A stretch of 64,000 nt of DNA from Saccostrea cucullata (Eukaryota). The position numbers and the translations under genes are program-made. The stretch lies in NCBI RefSeq assembly GCF_032062105.1, contig NW_026937766.1:1-64000 (forward strand), read 5' to 3'. A model generated the notes under the pieces. That model made no database searches. It was given only the letters and a program-made list of their open reading frames with translations, and had not been told where the DNA came from. Positions 1 to 10,944 of the stretch are shown here, piece after piece (the first letter of the stretch is position 1; each line of letters begins with the position of its first letter).

Positions 1-559
1 AACATCATATACTATAGTAAATGAAGGTGATGATGAAATAAGATTGTTGATGACACTAAATGATATAAATTAATGTATTTTGTGTACGACATTTTTACCA
101 GTGGACAAGCAAAGATTTGATTTAGCATTTTCTGAATGTTCTTTCTTGAATTGAGCGATGTTTTTGATTACATGGAACATTGGAAGCAGATTTCCACGAA
201 AGGCAATATAAACAGAAATCACTGTCAAATGTACTACTATAAAAGTACCTCTCGTTAAATGGGGTGAGGGGAAAGGGGCTAAAATAAGGAATTATCATCT
301 CCTCAGCAATCACTGAAACTGTCCCACTCGGTTATAAATTCCATATCCAACTACAAAACATGAATATCCTCTTTACAAAAACAGGTACTTTATACTAAGT
401 ACATGTACATGCCGGTAGATCCTTCAATAAAATCTGGCAATCATGCATTAGAAGGTATGCTGTTATTTTTGTGGAAGATATACTGTTATTTTTTAACTGA
501 CGTTTTTCCAATTGTTAGTCCGTCATTTACAAACTAAATTGACAATGGTTTGTTTAGTT

Positions 560-1230
560 ATAACCCGATCATGACAAGGAGCACACGGTGTATGTGACCG
601 GTCGGCAGGGGGTGCTCACTCCTTTGTGGCACCTGGTTCTACCCCTGGTATTTTGGAGATCCTTGTTTGAGCTTGATTACTGTTCGTTATCTCCATATAC
701 TTCATGCAAATTCACACTACTTACTCTTCTGTCTTCAGTAGACTACAAGTGATAAAGGAACTAGAAAGATTATCTGATCAGGATCAGTATCTCTTGATCC
801 CAACTGACAAAGAATTAGTTTTTGTTTGTATAGCTAATTATTCAATCTGCATTTTAGGAGATCCCGGCTTTAGTTCCAAATCAAGAAATCCAATTCACAA
901 TGTTATCTCCAAAAGATCACACGTTTATAAAAGTTTTAAGGAATGAAGCTAAGATACCCTACCTATTCTGAATTCCAAAACTTTATAAAGACAATAGGAA
1001 TAAACACATTGCAGGGTACAAATAATGTTCTTCTAAACCCCCATCTCTACACCCCAAAAACACTGCTGTAGAGAGGACATACTGTCTTAGACCATATTCA
1101 TGGTGTAAAGGGGGATTCTCTTTTTTAAAGAAAATTTTGATTTACAATTTTCCCTCAAATCCAACAGCATAATCTTTTTGTAACTTTTTCATACTTCCCC
1201 ACAATACATTAAACCTGTTTTTTAACGTCA
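560..1230 (+). mobile_element. Degenerate Penelope-like retroelement (PLE) remnant: terminal segment plus decayed RT N-terminal region
   Basis: 560-700 matches a terminal motif (gtgaccggtcggcagggg..gctcactcc..ggcacctg) that recurs through the window. 720-1230 gives broken PLE RT motifs (SVFSR..VIKELERL, LIPTDK..LVFVC, IPKL, IAG..CSSKP) with stops and frameshifts. Confidence 0.6.
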
Positions 1231-1245
1231 TAACTTTTTTTTAAA

Positions 1246-1560
1246 ATAAGAGGTCCCTAGGGTACAACGCTCACCAGAGAAATGTAAGTATGTTCCTGCT
1301 GTTCTTTATCAGTATTTATGTACATGTCTTCATTTTTTGAAGAAAAAAAGTTTAAAATATTGTCTTAAATTTTCTTGTGTTAAACTTTAATTGGTCTTTG
1401 TGACCCCATCCTTCCCCCGGAGGTTACTTTTTATAAACACATTAATTGGAATCTACGCTAATTGAATATGCTTAATAAAAATATAACTAATCATGGCTAT
1501 GTTGTTATTGGGAAAAAGAACTTTAAAGATTTTCCCCAACTGTAATAAAGAAAAAGTTTG
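1246..1560 (+). repeat. Degenerate HINE/Cg170-like repeat fragment
   Basis: Starts with a variant of the aacaagaggccc..gctcacc(t/a)gag head seen at 5812 and 31189, followed by a decayed satellite-like unit. Confidence 0.4.
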
Positions 1561-1987
1561 AACGCCTTTTTGTCTTCTACAAAATTTCTATGTTCAAAAA
1601 AGTCTAAATACAAGTACTCCGAGGTATTATAAGAATACCTATATTTTTAAAGTCTAAGTCTTCCAAATACCTGTTATTTCCATAGGTACAAAATGTGTAC
1701 CTTTATTAGAGTATTCATTTATTGTGTTTGCTTCTGAAGCAAAATTTTATTCAGGTACTTGTGCATGAGAAATCTTTAAAGTTTTTCTCCCCAACTTTGA
1801 GCTATATTATATATAGATTACTATAACAGTTACTTTTCTCAAGAAATACAAGACGAAAGAGAGCCAGATAGATATTTGCAACCTTGATTCCTAAGTGTCA
1901 CTTTGCTTCATGATTAACTACGTAATTAAATTGTTGACTAACACTTTTGTACGTTACTTTTATAGGTTTCTCAATCAGGACATATTG

Positions 1988-4567
1988 ATGATGCTGTGCA
2001 TTTCTTTGACATTTTATATGAACAATCTAACCAACGCTTGCATTCAGTATTCTTCGTCACTACAAGTAAAACCTGAATCATTTCAAGATCTTGCTTACAA
2101 GGGGATAAATATAATATTTTTTGACCTAGCAATCAATGGATCGGATGATGAAACATTTGTTGAAGCTGAAAAACGTAGAAGATGGGTATGGATTGCAGAA
2201 GATCAGCAGTACGTCTTGGGTTATCCGGAGGATGTTGACGTCTTCAGTTTTGGTCTACTGAAAGCAAAACAAGATTCTTTCAAAGTCAACATTTCCATAG
2301 GAAACTTTACAACGGATTGCCGATTTCATTTTGACAAATACCTTTCGCAATATCTTATGCATATTATTTATGAAAATGGTACCATCTCTAACGAGAACAA
2401 TAGACACATCTGCCATTCAAAACTTGAATCCTATGATAAAGTATCAAAATTCATGATCAACTTATCTGGCGTTAAAATAGGATATCGTTTTTGGTGCCTA
2501 ACTGAGAACAACGAATTCAAAGTTGTGGGAAAATCTTATGTAAATGTAATTGTTATTATTATCATATTGTTCCTGTACGCGTTTTATCCACTCATCATAG
2601 AAATGGCATTTTACACTCACAGTACAAACTACAAAACCCAGTTCTACAGATATTACAAGTCAGATTCTCCTTACAGCCCAGCGAGGTTTCTTTTACGATT
2701 AATTTATACAGGAAGTAATAAGTATTTTGCAGCTTTGCGAATTATTATCCTTATTATGGTTCTTACATCCCTAGTATATCTTGCAAAATCAGAGGTGTTC
2801 AGTAAATGCGATTGCTCTTTAAAGTCTTCCAACGACGAAGGACCATTTCAGCATGCAGAAAATTTTTATATGACTACCAAAAATAGTTTAAAGGTTGCAT
2901 GGGGCGTATTGAATTTCGCACTCGTCAATTTATGTGTTTTGATAAATTCTGGCGGCATACTTGACGATTTTCTCATCATTGATTTAAGTAATATTCGTAC
3001 AGATGGGAATATATTCAGGCTGATTCCAGTTGTTGTATTTCTACCTGAGGAGACAACAGAAGCTCTCCAATCAGACGAAATGAAAAGTGACTCAAGAACG
3101 TACGATACTACGATAGAGATGTTAAATGATACTAATACAAAGGAAGACATGCAATTTGAAAAATCTTTAGTGTCATTTAAAATTCACAAGCTGTCTTTAA
3201 TACTGTCCTACACATTTTGGACTAGAATATTTTTCATCAGGGGTGTTGATTTTGAGTGTCGATGGGCTTATGCTACTTCAGTTATAATATTTCCTTTTAA
3301 TGCAATGCTCATATTGTTTAATGCTATTTGCCCCATCATTTCAATTTTTTATGTTTTCTTAAGCAAATTTTTTACGTGTATACTTTTCTGTATAAGTAAC
3401 TGTTGTTTAAATGAGAAAAATGAGGACCAGAGTAAAGACAAACAAAATACTGAAGAAAGAAGAACTGAAATTGCAGAAGGAAAGGGCGAACGCTCTTTAC
3501 ATCATTGTGAAAACAAGGAGAGAACTGAACAGCTACCAAAAAGGACAGAAAAGTCTTTCAAAGAAAAATTAAGGTCTCTAGTTTGCAATTTATTTTGTCA
3601 TGCTGCTGCGGGGACATACATAGTTTTGTCATATGAGTATTCTTTCAATATTTTCTTTTATGGGATGAGTTACCTTGTTCAGTTTTTTATTTATACAGTA
3701 TTGTTGGCACTTCCCCATTACCCTGTTCAGGTTTTCATCTATATCATATTTGTGACCTCTGTCATAGTATACCTTTTTCGCTACGTTCACCAGTTCATAG
3801 AGTTGTATAAAAATCTCTTGAATGAAATTTTTGAAATTACTGAGGAAACCAGTATATCTACACAGGATTTTAATACAATTGTTGCTAAATACTTTCCTCT
3901 GAAAAACGAAGCCTTTTATTTGCTTCTTAAAATTACAGTAAGTAGTTTATTTTTTATAATAATATTTGATACTATGCAAAAAGTAGAATATATAAAAATT
4001 GGTGCTCGATTAGACTGGACTACTGTGGTTTCACTCCTTTTCGTTTTTGGTCCACCTCGAATAGTGGAGGAGCTTCTTATAACAGACTTTACAAGCAGGG
4101 TTCATATGAAGCGGTCGGAAATAAAGAAATATATCAATGAAATGAAAACGGGGAAAATTGAATGTATTCATAACGAAGGCGTTCTTGCAGATTATGAGAA
4201 AGACTGTTTAAGAGGATGTAGTGAACGTGCTGGTCAATGTAAATGTGAAAATACATTTAAATCTAAAAGTATATCACGATCATCGAGTGAAGAAATTATT
4301 CTCTGTAAGGAGGGATGCAGATACTGTGAATGCTGCTGTGTATTGAGATTAATTTGCACTTTTTCTTGTGGTTGTCTTAATTGCCCAATTGACTCTCAAA
4401 GAAGATGTGATTTCTGTGATGCTTATGCAGTTAAGGAAACTTCGAATGCAATTGAAATAACTAATAAAAGGATTATGCTTAAATGTCATTGCTACCCACC
4501 AACTGAAACACAAATTAAATTAGAAAGTACATCGGAACAAATATGTTTTGAAGATACACGTTTATAG
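1988..4567 (+). CDS. Uncharacterised multi-pass membrane protein (859 aa, one coding exon) with Cys-rich C-terminal tail
   Basis: Stop-free 2.6 kb ORF. The track start at 1895 is GTG. Branch point GACTAAC (~1936-1942), a pyrimidine tract and TATAG (1961-1965) mark an acceptor, and the next in-frame ATG is 1988. About 9-10 hydrophobic segments; tail includes CKEGCRYCECCC..CSCGCLNC-like clusters. Confidence 0.8.
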   Translation: MMLCISLTFYMNNLTNACIQYSSSLQVKPESFQDLAYKGINIIFFDLAINGSDDETFVEAEKRRRWVWIAEDQQYVLGYPEDVDVFSFGLLKAKQDSFKVNISIGNFTTDCRFHFDKYLSQYLMHIIYENGTISNENNRHICHSKLESYDKVSKFMINLSGVKIGYRFWCLTENNEFKVVGKSYVNVIVIIIILFLYAFYPLIIEMAFYTHSTNYKTQFYRYYKSDSPYSPARFLLRLIYTGSNKYFAALRIIILIMVLTSLVYLAKSEVFSKCDCSLKSSNDEGPFQHAENFYMTTKNSLKVAWGVLNFALVNLCVLINSGGILDDFLIIDLSNIRTDGNIFRLIPVVVFLPEETTEALQSDEMKSDSRTYDTTIEMLNDTNTKEDMQFEKSLVSFKIHKLSLILSYTFWTRIFFIRGVDFECRWAYATSVIIFPFNAMLILFNAICPIISIFYVFLSKFFTCILFCISNCCLNEKNEDQSKDKQNTEERRTEIAEGKGERSLHHCENKERTEQLPKRTEKSFKEKLRSLVCNLFCHAAAGTYIVLSYEYSFNIFFYGMSYLVQFFIYTVLLALPHYPVQVFIYIIFVTSVIVYLFRYVHQFIELYKNLLNEIFEITEETSISTQDFNTIVAKYFPLKNEAFYLLLKITVSSLFFIIIFDTMQKVEYIKIGARLDWTTVVSLLFVFGPPRIVEELLITDFTSRVHMKRSEIKKYINEMKTGKIECIHNEGVLADYEKDCLRGCSERAGQCKCENTFKSKSISRSSSEEIILCKEGCRYCECCCVLRLICTFSCGCLNCPIDSQRRCDFCDAYAVKETSNAIEITNKRIMLKCHCYPPTETQIKLESTSEQICFEDTRL

Positions 4568-5811
4568 ACTTGAATGGACAAGGAATATTACGTACTCAGT
4601 ATAATATAACAATTGAAGTAAATAAAAGAACTGAAAAAGTATGTATATAAGCGTAAAAAGATGCAATAATGTTGTAAATTTTTGAATTTTCTAGGGAGAG
4701 GTAAATGTTTTAGAATTTGAATCACTAAATTTTTCAGATGCTTCAAGTCGTCACTGTAATTTTAAATTTCATTTGGTCATTGGTTCTTTGTTTATTTTAT
4801 ATTTAAGATTTCCAATTGTTTAATTGAATCCTGTAGATTGAAATAGCTGTATAAAAATACTTTAGTTATTAGAGTTTATGTGTATATATGTTTTGTAAAA
4901 TATATTAAGCACAGGGAAAATCAAGCGTACTTAGCATTATAAGGAAAAGGGTACGCTTTTATTCACGAAAATTTAGTTTTGTATCGAAAAAAAACTTTAT
5001 TTTTTACAGGTCCACGAATATAAGCTTCATGGGCTTAAAAGTTTCAGTTTCTTTATTTCTTTAAGCCAACTGGCTCATCAGAGAATACAAACATGATAAT
5101 AATAAGGAAAACATACAGAGAGAGTGAACGTAAAAAACACATACTAGTACATGAAAATTATACTATACCTCAATTTTATTTTTTCTTAACATTGTTGCAG
5201 CTTTCAAAAATTTGCCCAAATTTAAAAGATCTTTAATATTATTGGAACTTAACAGCTGAATTCATTTAAAAACACTTGGCTTAGTATAATAACACTTCTG
5301 CAAAGTTTTTTTTCTTAGATCAATATACAACTGGGAATTTCAAAATAAAATGAAATTCATCTTCTATATCATGGAGATTACAACATGTACATAATTCTAA
5401 TTCATTATTCTTAGGAATGTTATGGTGTCGACCTGTTTCAATATTCAACGTGTGGGCTTAAAAATTTCTTGTGTTGTTGCAGCTCAAATAAAATTCTTGG
5501 TAATATATGCTTATAAAATGTATTAACTAGCCGTGTTGACAATTACTTGATCATTAATTCCTATTAAACCACCTCCCCGCCTGTTAATTTGGTAGTCAGT
5601 TTAAAGAATTCAAATGTCTAGTTCTATCATATCTGAAGCACATTAGTTCTTTTTTAATATATAGTTTTTAAAACATGAAGATGCAATTTCAGCGATAATT
5701 ACAGTTTATTACGGTTGTCGCCATTTTGAGGTTCAACACGTCATACGAAGTAATGTCTTCTGTTGAGGAATATTTATTGAGGGTAAAGCCATTTGCAGGA
5801 ATTGACAGCAT

Positions 5812-6690
5812 AACATGAGGCCCATCGGCCTTATAAGTCACCTGAGCATCATAAAACAACTTTTCAACAATTAAATTTGATTTGTGTTTTAAATCAGAGG
5901 CCGTATAGGGGAACCCAAAAATTCATTTCAACTTATCAGTAAATATCAGTAATAATCAGAAGCACCCCCTACAGGAACCCCTGACCTTTGGGCCATATAT
6001 TTCACAATTTTGGAAATGGCATCCTTGTTCATCATAAATGTTTTATCAATACCAAGAAGCAGATTTCAAACCTATTAATTCACTTTCAGTATATAATCAT
6101 AAGACCCCCCAACACACACACCCTCACACACACACACACACACACCCTCACACAGTACCCATGACCCAGAAAAAGGACCCATGCTCAAAAAAACTATCTA
6201 TGTAGTTCATCTACTTAATAACCAGGGGCTGATGAGAAGGCCACCAGAACTCTGACCCAAGGGCATGAAATTCACAATATTGAAAGAGGCATCCTTTCTC
6301 ATAACTATGTAGTTAGTTGGTTTGTTTAATACCCAGGAGCAGAGAACTCCAAGATTTTCAAAGAATTAATGCATTTCCACTTTATAATCAATAAAGTCTC
6401 ACCCTAACACCAAAGCCCTGGCCCTAGGGCTTTAAAATTCATAATTTTGAAAAAGACACCCTTCTTCATTATAATTATGTATGTAGTTAGTTTGTTTAAT
6501 ACCTAGAAGCAAAGAAAAAGAAGATTTTCAAAAAATAAATGCATTTACCCTATAAAATCAATACGGCCTCACTCTAACACCAGAGCCCCTGACCCAGGGG
6601 CCATGAAATTTATAATTTTGAAAGAGACACCTTTCCTCATTATAACTATGTTTATATAAGTTGGTTTGTTTAATACCCAGAAATAGACAT
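5812..6690 (+). repeat. HINE/Helentron-type element carrying ~165-bp Cg170-like satellite units and a (CA)n tract
   Basis: Head aacatgaggcccatcggccttataagtcacctgagc, then repeated ccctgaccc..catgaaattcacaattttg..cataactatgt..cccaggagcagagaa..gattttcaaa units; (CA)n at ~6111-6153. Confidence 0.75.
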
Positions 6691-7269
6691 TTGCTGAATT
6701 CTGTAAACTGCCTCTCAAATGGAAAGGGGGTGTTAATAGCAATTATACAACTTTCTGATCAGTAATTGTTCACATGCATGTTTTTTAAGTAAAAATTCAA
6801 GTGAGAATATCATTAAATACTGTGTTGGAAATATGTATTGAAACATTAGATATAGAATGGCAATTGAAAAATTTTTTTTACCAGGAAATAAGTTTTTTAA
6901 AATTGATTTTTTAATTAATTTAAAACAGAGGGCGATAACTCTTACCAAAATTCAAGGTCATTAATTAGGACACATCCCATCCTTACATGCTAAAAATAAT
7001 AAATGGGATTTATGTTTAAAAATACTGAGTATTCAACTCCAAGAAACCTGTTATCTATTCAATTCATTAGGTCTGTTGCTATTAAGGATTGGATACCATA
7101 AGGAGATTTCAGGGTAAGATGACACGTTATACATGTATGCATTCTTATGAATCTACATCAAACTTTTAGTTCATATATATATATAAGATATATAAGCACT
7201 CAAAATTTTCCAGCAACATAAAATGTTTAATAAATTTAAGATTCAATTAACAGACAAAATTAATAAATG

Positions 7270-10200
7270 TCACCCTCCACTAAAAGATCTAATGCAGAGA
7301 GTTCCATTTGTACCACCAAATCCAAATGAATTTGTTAAAGCTGTCCTTGTATCATGTTTCCAGTCATGTGACACAAGAGGAACATAATCCAGATCTACTC
7401 CAGTATCTGATTGGTGGAGATTAATAGTGGGCGGTATAATTCCTAATTGACAGGCCAGAACTGTGATGGCTGCCTCCACACTTCCTGCAGCCCCTAACAA
7501 ATGTCCTAGAGCTCCTTTTGTAGATGAGACTAAAGGTTTTTTGTCACATTGTTCAAATATCCTCCATATTGCCTGACTCTCTGCCTTGTCTCCAAGAGGA
7601 GTAGATGTGGCGTGAGCATTAACATACCCAATGTCTGCTGGGCTGACACGTGCATCCTTTAGAGCAGCCTTCATACACCTGTACGCACCTCTACCATCTG
7701 ACCTTGGAGCAGTCATGTGGAAGGCATCCCCTGACAAACCATACCCTAGCACTTCAGCATAGATGTTAGCCCCCCTGTCAACGGCGTGAGACATCTCCTC
7801 CAGAATCAGAACACCTGCCCCCTCAGACATCACAAAGCCATCTCTGTCCTTGTCAAAAGGTCGTGAGGCTTCCGTTGGGTGGTCATTGAACTTGGTACAT
7901 AAAGCTCTCATCCTGCAACATTTCATATTGCGGAAAAAAAATTATTAGTTCTACAAGCTGAGAAACTTGTCACACAGCATTTGCTTATAAAATATTTAAT
8001 AATTTTCTCTCTTCAAGAGAAAATTTTTTAAAAGATTCTATATGCATACCTTAAATCGATTAATATCAAAAAAATTTAATTTAAGGACTTATTCAATAAC
8101 ATTTTTGACTTTTTGTATACATGTACTAGAATCATGTTTCATTGCATATATTGACTAAATCTAAAATGAGAATTGTCTGTTAGAAGTTTAACCTTGAGAA
8201 TCCTGCCACAGAGAGAGGGTTGGGGCTTTCTTCTGCACCCCCTGCCACCATCACATCAACGTCCCCCCTCTGTATGAATCTGAACGCATCCCCTACTGCA
8301 TGGAGCCCAGTGGTGCAGGCTGTGGAAACAGCATGGTTTGGTCCCTGTAATAATCATAAAAAAAATATTTGCTAATTATTTGTTTGTCAATACAGCTTAT
8401 ACTCATTAAATTTCACACATAAATGATAACCACAATAATAACCTTTATATATCAACCATACCTAAACAAAACCAGTAATGTTTTAATTACCGTATAAGTA
8501 GAAGTTTTAGCGAGGATTTAATTTTGGCATTATTAGTGAGGGTGCTGACATTGCTAAAATTGAATATCGCTAAAAATTAATTGTGTATTATTTGTAATAC
8601 CTTCTTTAGTTAATATTTTAAAATCGCTGAAATTACTTTCGCTAAGAATAACGCTGAACTTACTTTTGCTAAGAATAAAATACCAGTTTTTAGGTAGAAA
8701 TCGCTAAATTTGCGTCTCGCTAAAATTTCCACTTATACGGTAATTAACTGTGGGGTACATGCTGTAAAATTCATTTGTAACAAGAAACTAGCCATGCTTT
8801 CTAGTTAGAAAACTTACACAGTGTACCAAAGATACAGTTGTTCACTAGAACAATTAACCAGTATTTTTTCTTTTCATTTACAGTACCTGAAATCCATATT
8901 TCAGACGGTACCTGAATTCCATATTTCAGACTAACATGTCCAGCTGCCATGTTGATAAGAATCCTTGGCATGAAGAATGGGTTGACCTCTCTGTAACCTT
9001 TATGGAACAAGCGATCAGCTGTGGTGTAAATTTCCTTCATACCATTCATACCCATTCCTATGGTTACACCTATGATTATAGACATAGATCTTCCATAGAT
9101 CACTCTGTATGCTAACTTTACTAACAATCCTTGATATTTATCAATGTTATGTTATTGAATCCTATATATAATTGAAGTAGTGGCCTTAATTCATAATAAT
9201 TAGGGGTCTTTATACCTGTTCTCTCTTGCTGGTCTTGAGTTTCTGGTTTCCAGTTTGCATCTGATAGAGCCTCCTCAGCAGCAATCAGGGAATACATTAT
9301 CCCCTCAGACAGCTGCCTCTGCTCTGTTGAACTGAAATGTGTTTTCACATCTTCAGGAATAAACCCGGCTATTTTACAGGGAATATTTGGTGGAAATTCT
9401 GGAAAAATACCAGAATTTCTTTCTCAAATATGTTAATGGAAATCAAATGATAATATACTTGAATGAAAAATAATAAAAACAAAAATTGAAGATATATATA
9501 CAGATAAAGAGCTTTTAACTACAACATGTATATCCGAATACCTTTTGATTTGTCATGGAAGGTAGTAGTATATTATAAAAACATTCCTGTACTAAACTCT
9601 TTGGAAAAAACTTGCCAGTCAAGACATCTGTTCTTTTTTTATTTTAAATTTACAAACTCCAACGAGCTTCCATGTTCACTTGCCAAGGGGGATGATCCGC
9701 TCTTCTCATTTGAAAAGAAGGGAGGAGCTGATCATCACCCTTAGCTAGCAAAGATGTCGAGGTCCCTATTATTGGTAGTGATGGGAATCGGTAAAATTTT
9801 CACAATCGATGATTGGGTTACTCTAAGTAACTAATTATCGATTATAATCGGACATGTAAAAAGTATATAACAATTTAAACAAGTAAATGGTAGGAATGGG
9901 TAAATGACAACTTTCTGTGGTGATCCAGCTGGTCCTTTGTTCAATTTATAGAGCCAAAAGTACGCCAAAGCCCAGAAACATGCTTTGTTATCTGGGTAGA
10001 AATACAAGAGTTTGTTATCTGCACCATTACGTTACATGAATATGTCAAAAGTAATGCTGTGGATGGAAACTTAGGGTTAAAAATTATTATGCTTTTAAAA
10101 TAAAATAATAAAGCGATTAATCAGAATATTAAAAATGCAATCGATTGCTTGGATTATGCCAGCAATCGACTGATTTTCGATTATAATCGATGATTGGAAC

Positions 10201-10588
10201 ACCACTAATTATTGGTATCTGATTAGAATAGATTGGTAATTTTAGTCAAGGATGTAGACACTGAGAAATGATACTGAATAACGTCATCATAAAAATATAC
10301 CAAAGTTCTGCTTATTTGTAAATAAGATTTAATCAGAGCTTATAAGCAAACATACACTCACAATTACACTGTAATGGCCTTAAAACATTAAAGTAAACTA
10401 TATAATTTTCATACCAAAATGATCATATACCCGGTAAACAAACCTTTCTTATCAATTTTACGGATTCCACATTGGCCGTTGATTAGATTATTCCACACCT
10501 TGTCCTTTCCTACTCCTAGACACGTGAGAAGCCCAATACCAGTCACGACAACACGTCGAGCAGGAATAAGATGAGTTGACAAAGTCAT
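7270..10588 (-). CDS. OXSM: Mitochondrial 3-oxoacyl-ACP synthase (KAS II/FabF type), 426 aa; exons 10588-10444, 9398-9216, 9069-8912, 8344-8193, 7912-7270
   Basis: GT-AG introns with consistent phases, 1281 nt in total. Motifs [22 protein letters not shown] (catalytic Cys), [24 protein letters not shown] and GHLLGAAG (two His), [10 protein letters not shown]. Confidence 0.95.
8490..8740. mobile_element. Tc2/pogo-type MITE in OXSM intron 3
   Basis: TIRs CCGTATAAGTAGAAGTTTTAGCGAG / CTCGCTAAAATTTCCACTTATACGG; TA on both sides (8488-8489, 8741-8742). Confidence 0.85.
9776..10207. mobile_element. hAT-type non-autonomous element in OXSM intron 1
   Basis: TAGTG...CACTA termini with imperfect TIRs; exact 8-bp TSD ATTATTGG at 9768-9775 and 10208-10215. 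Confidence 0.8.
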
Positions 10589-10944
10589 TCTCTTTATACA
10601 GTCTGTGGATTATCCATTGAATGACTCAAAAATGCAGTCTAGTTATGGAAATATTGCAAGCTTTTCAATATAACACCAAATTAGTTACATTAGTTACTCT
10701 TCTGGCGTCCAACACAACACCGGAAATGACGCTTTGGTCCTAAAAATGAAACCTACACAGAACTTAATTCGAAATCGTCTGCTGGCTTGTACAATTGTAA
10801 TTTCAAATATGCACAATAATCGTTGCAACATATCTTATGTCTTATTTTACTGAGCAATAATTATAGTAATAATTTATTAGTTTTTGCTCGATATAATTTG
10901 CAAACCGCAAAGTGAAAGTCACATGATCATTCCAATAAGACAAA
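10589..10944. promoter_or_regulatory. Probable bidirectional promoter shared by OXSM and ANKFY1
   Basis: Only 356 bp separate the divergent ATGs. Contains ETS-like CCGGAAAT (~10720) and YY1-like AAAATGGCGG overlapping the ANKFY1 ATG. Confidence 0.65.

Noticed and set aside
1895-1987. N-terminal extension of the 890-aa ORF
   Set aside because: It starts at GTG and spans a branch point, pyrimidine tract and AG acceptor, so it is probably intron and 5' UTR.
7270-7926. Bacterial fabF or PKS gene acquired by horizontal transfer
   Set aside because: It is the last exon of an ordinary spliced OXSM gene with four GT-AG introns.
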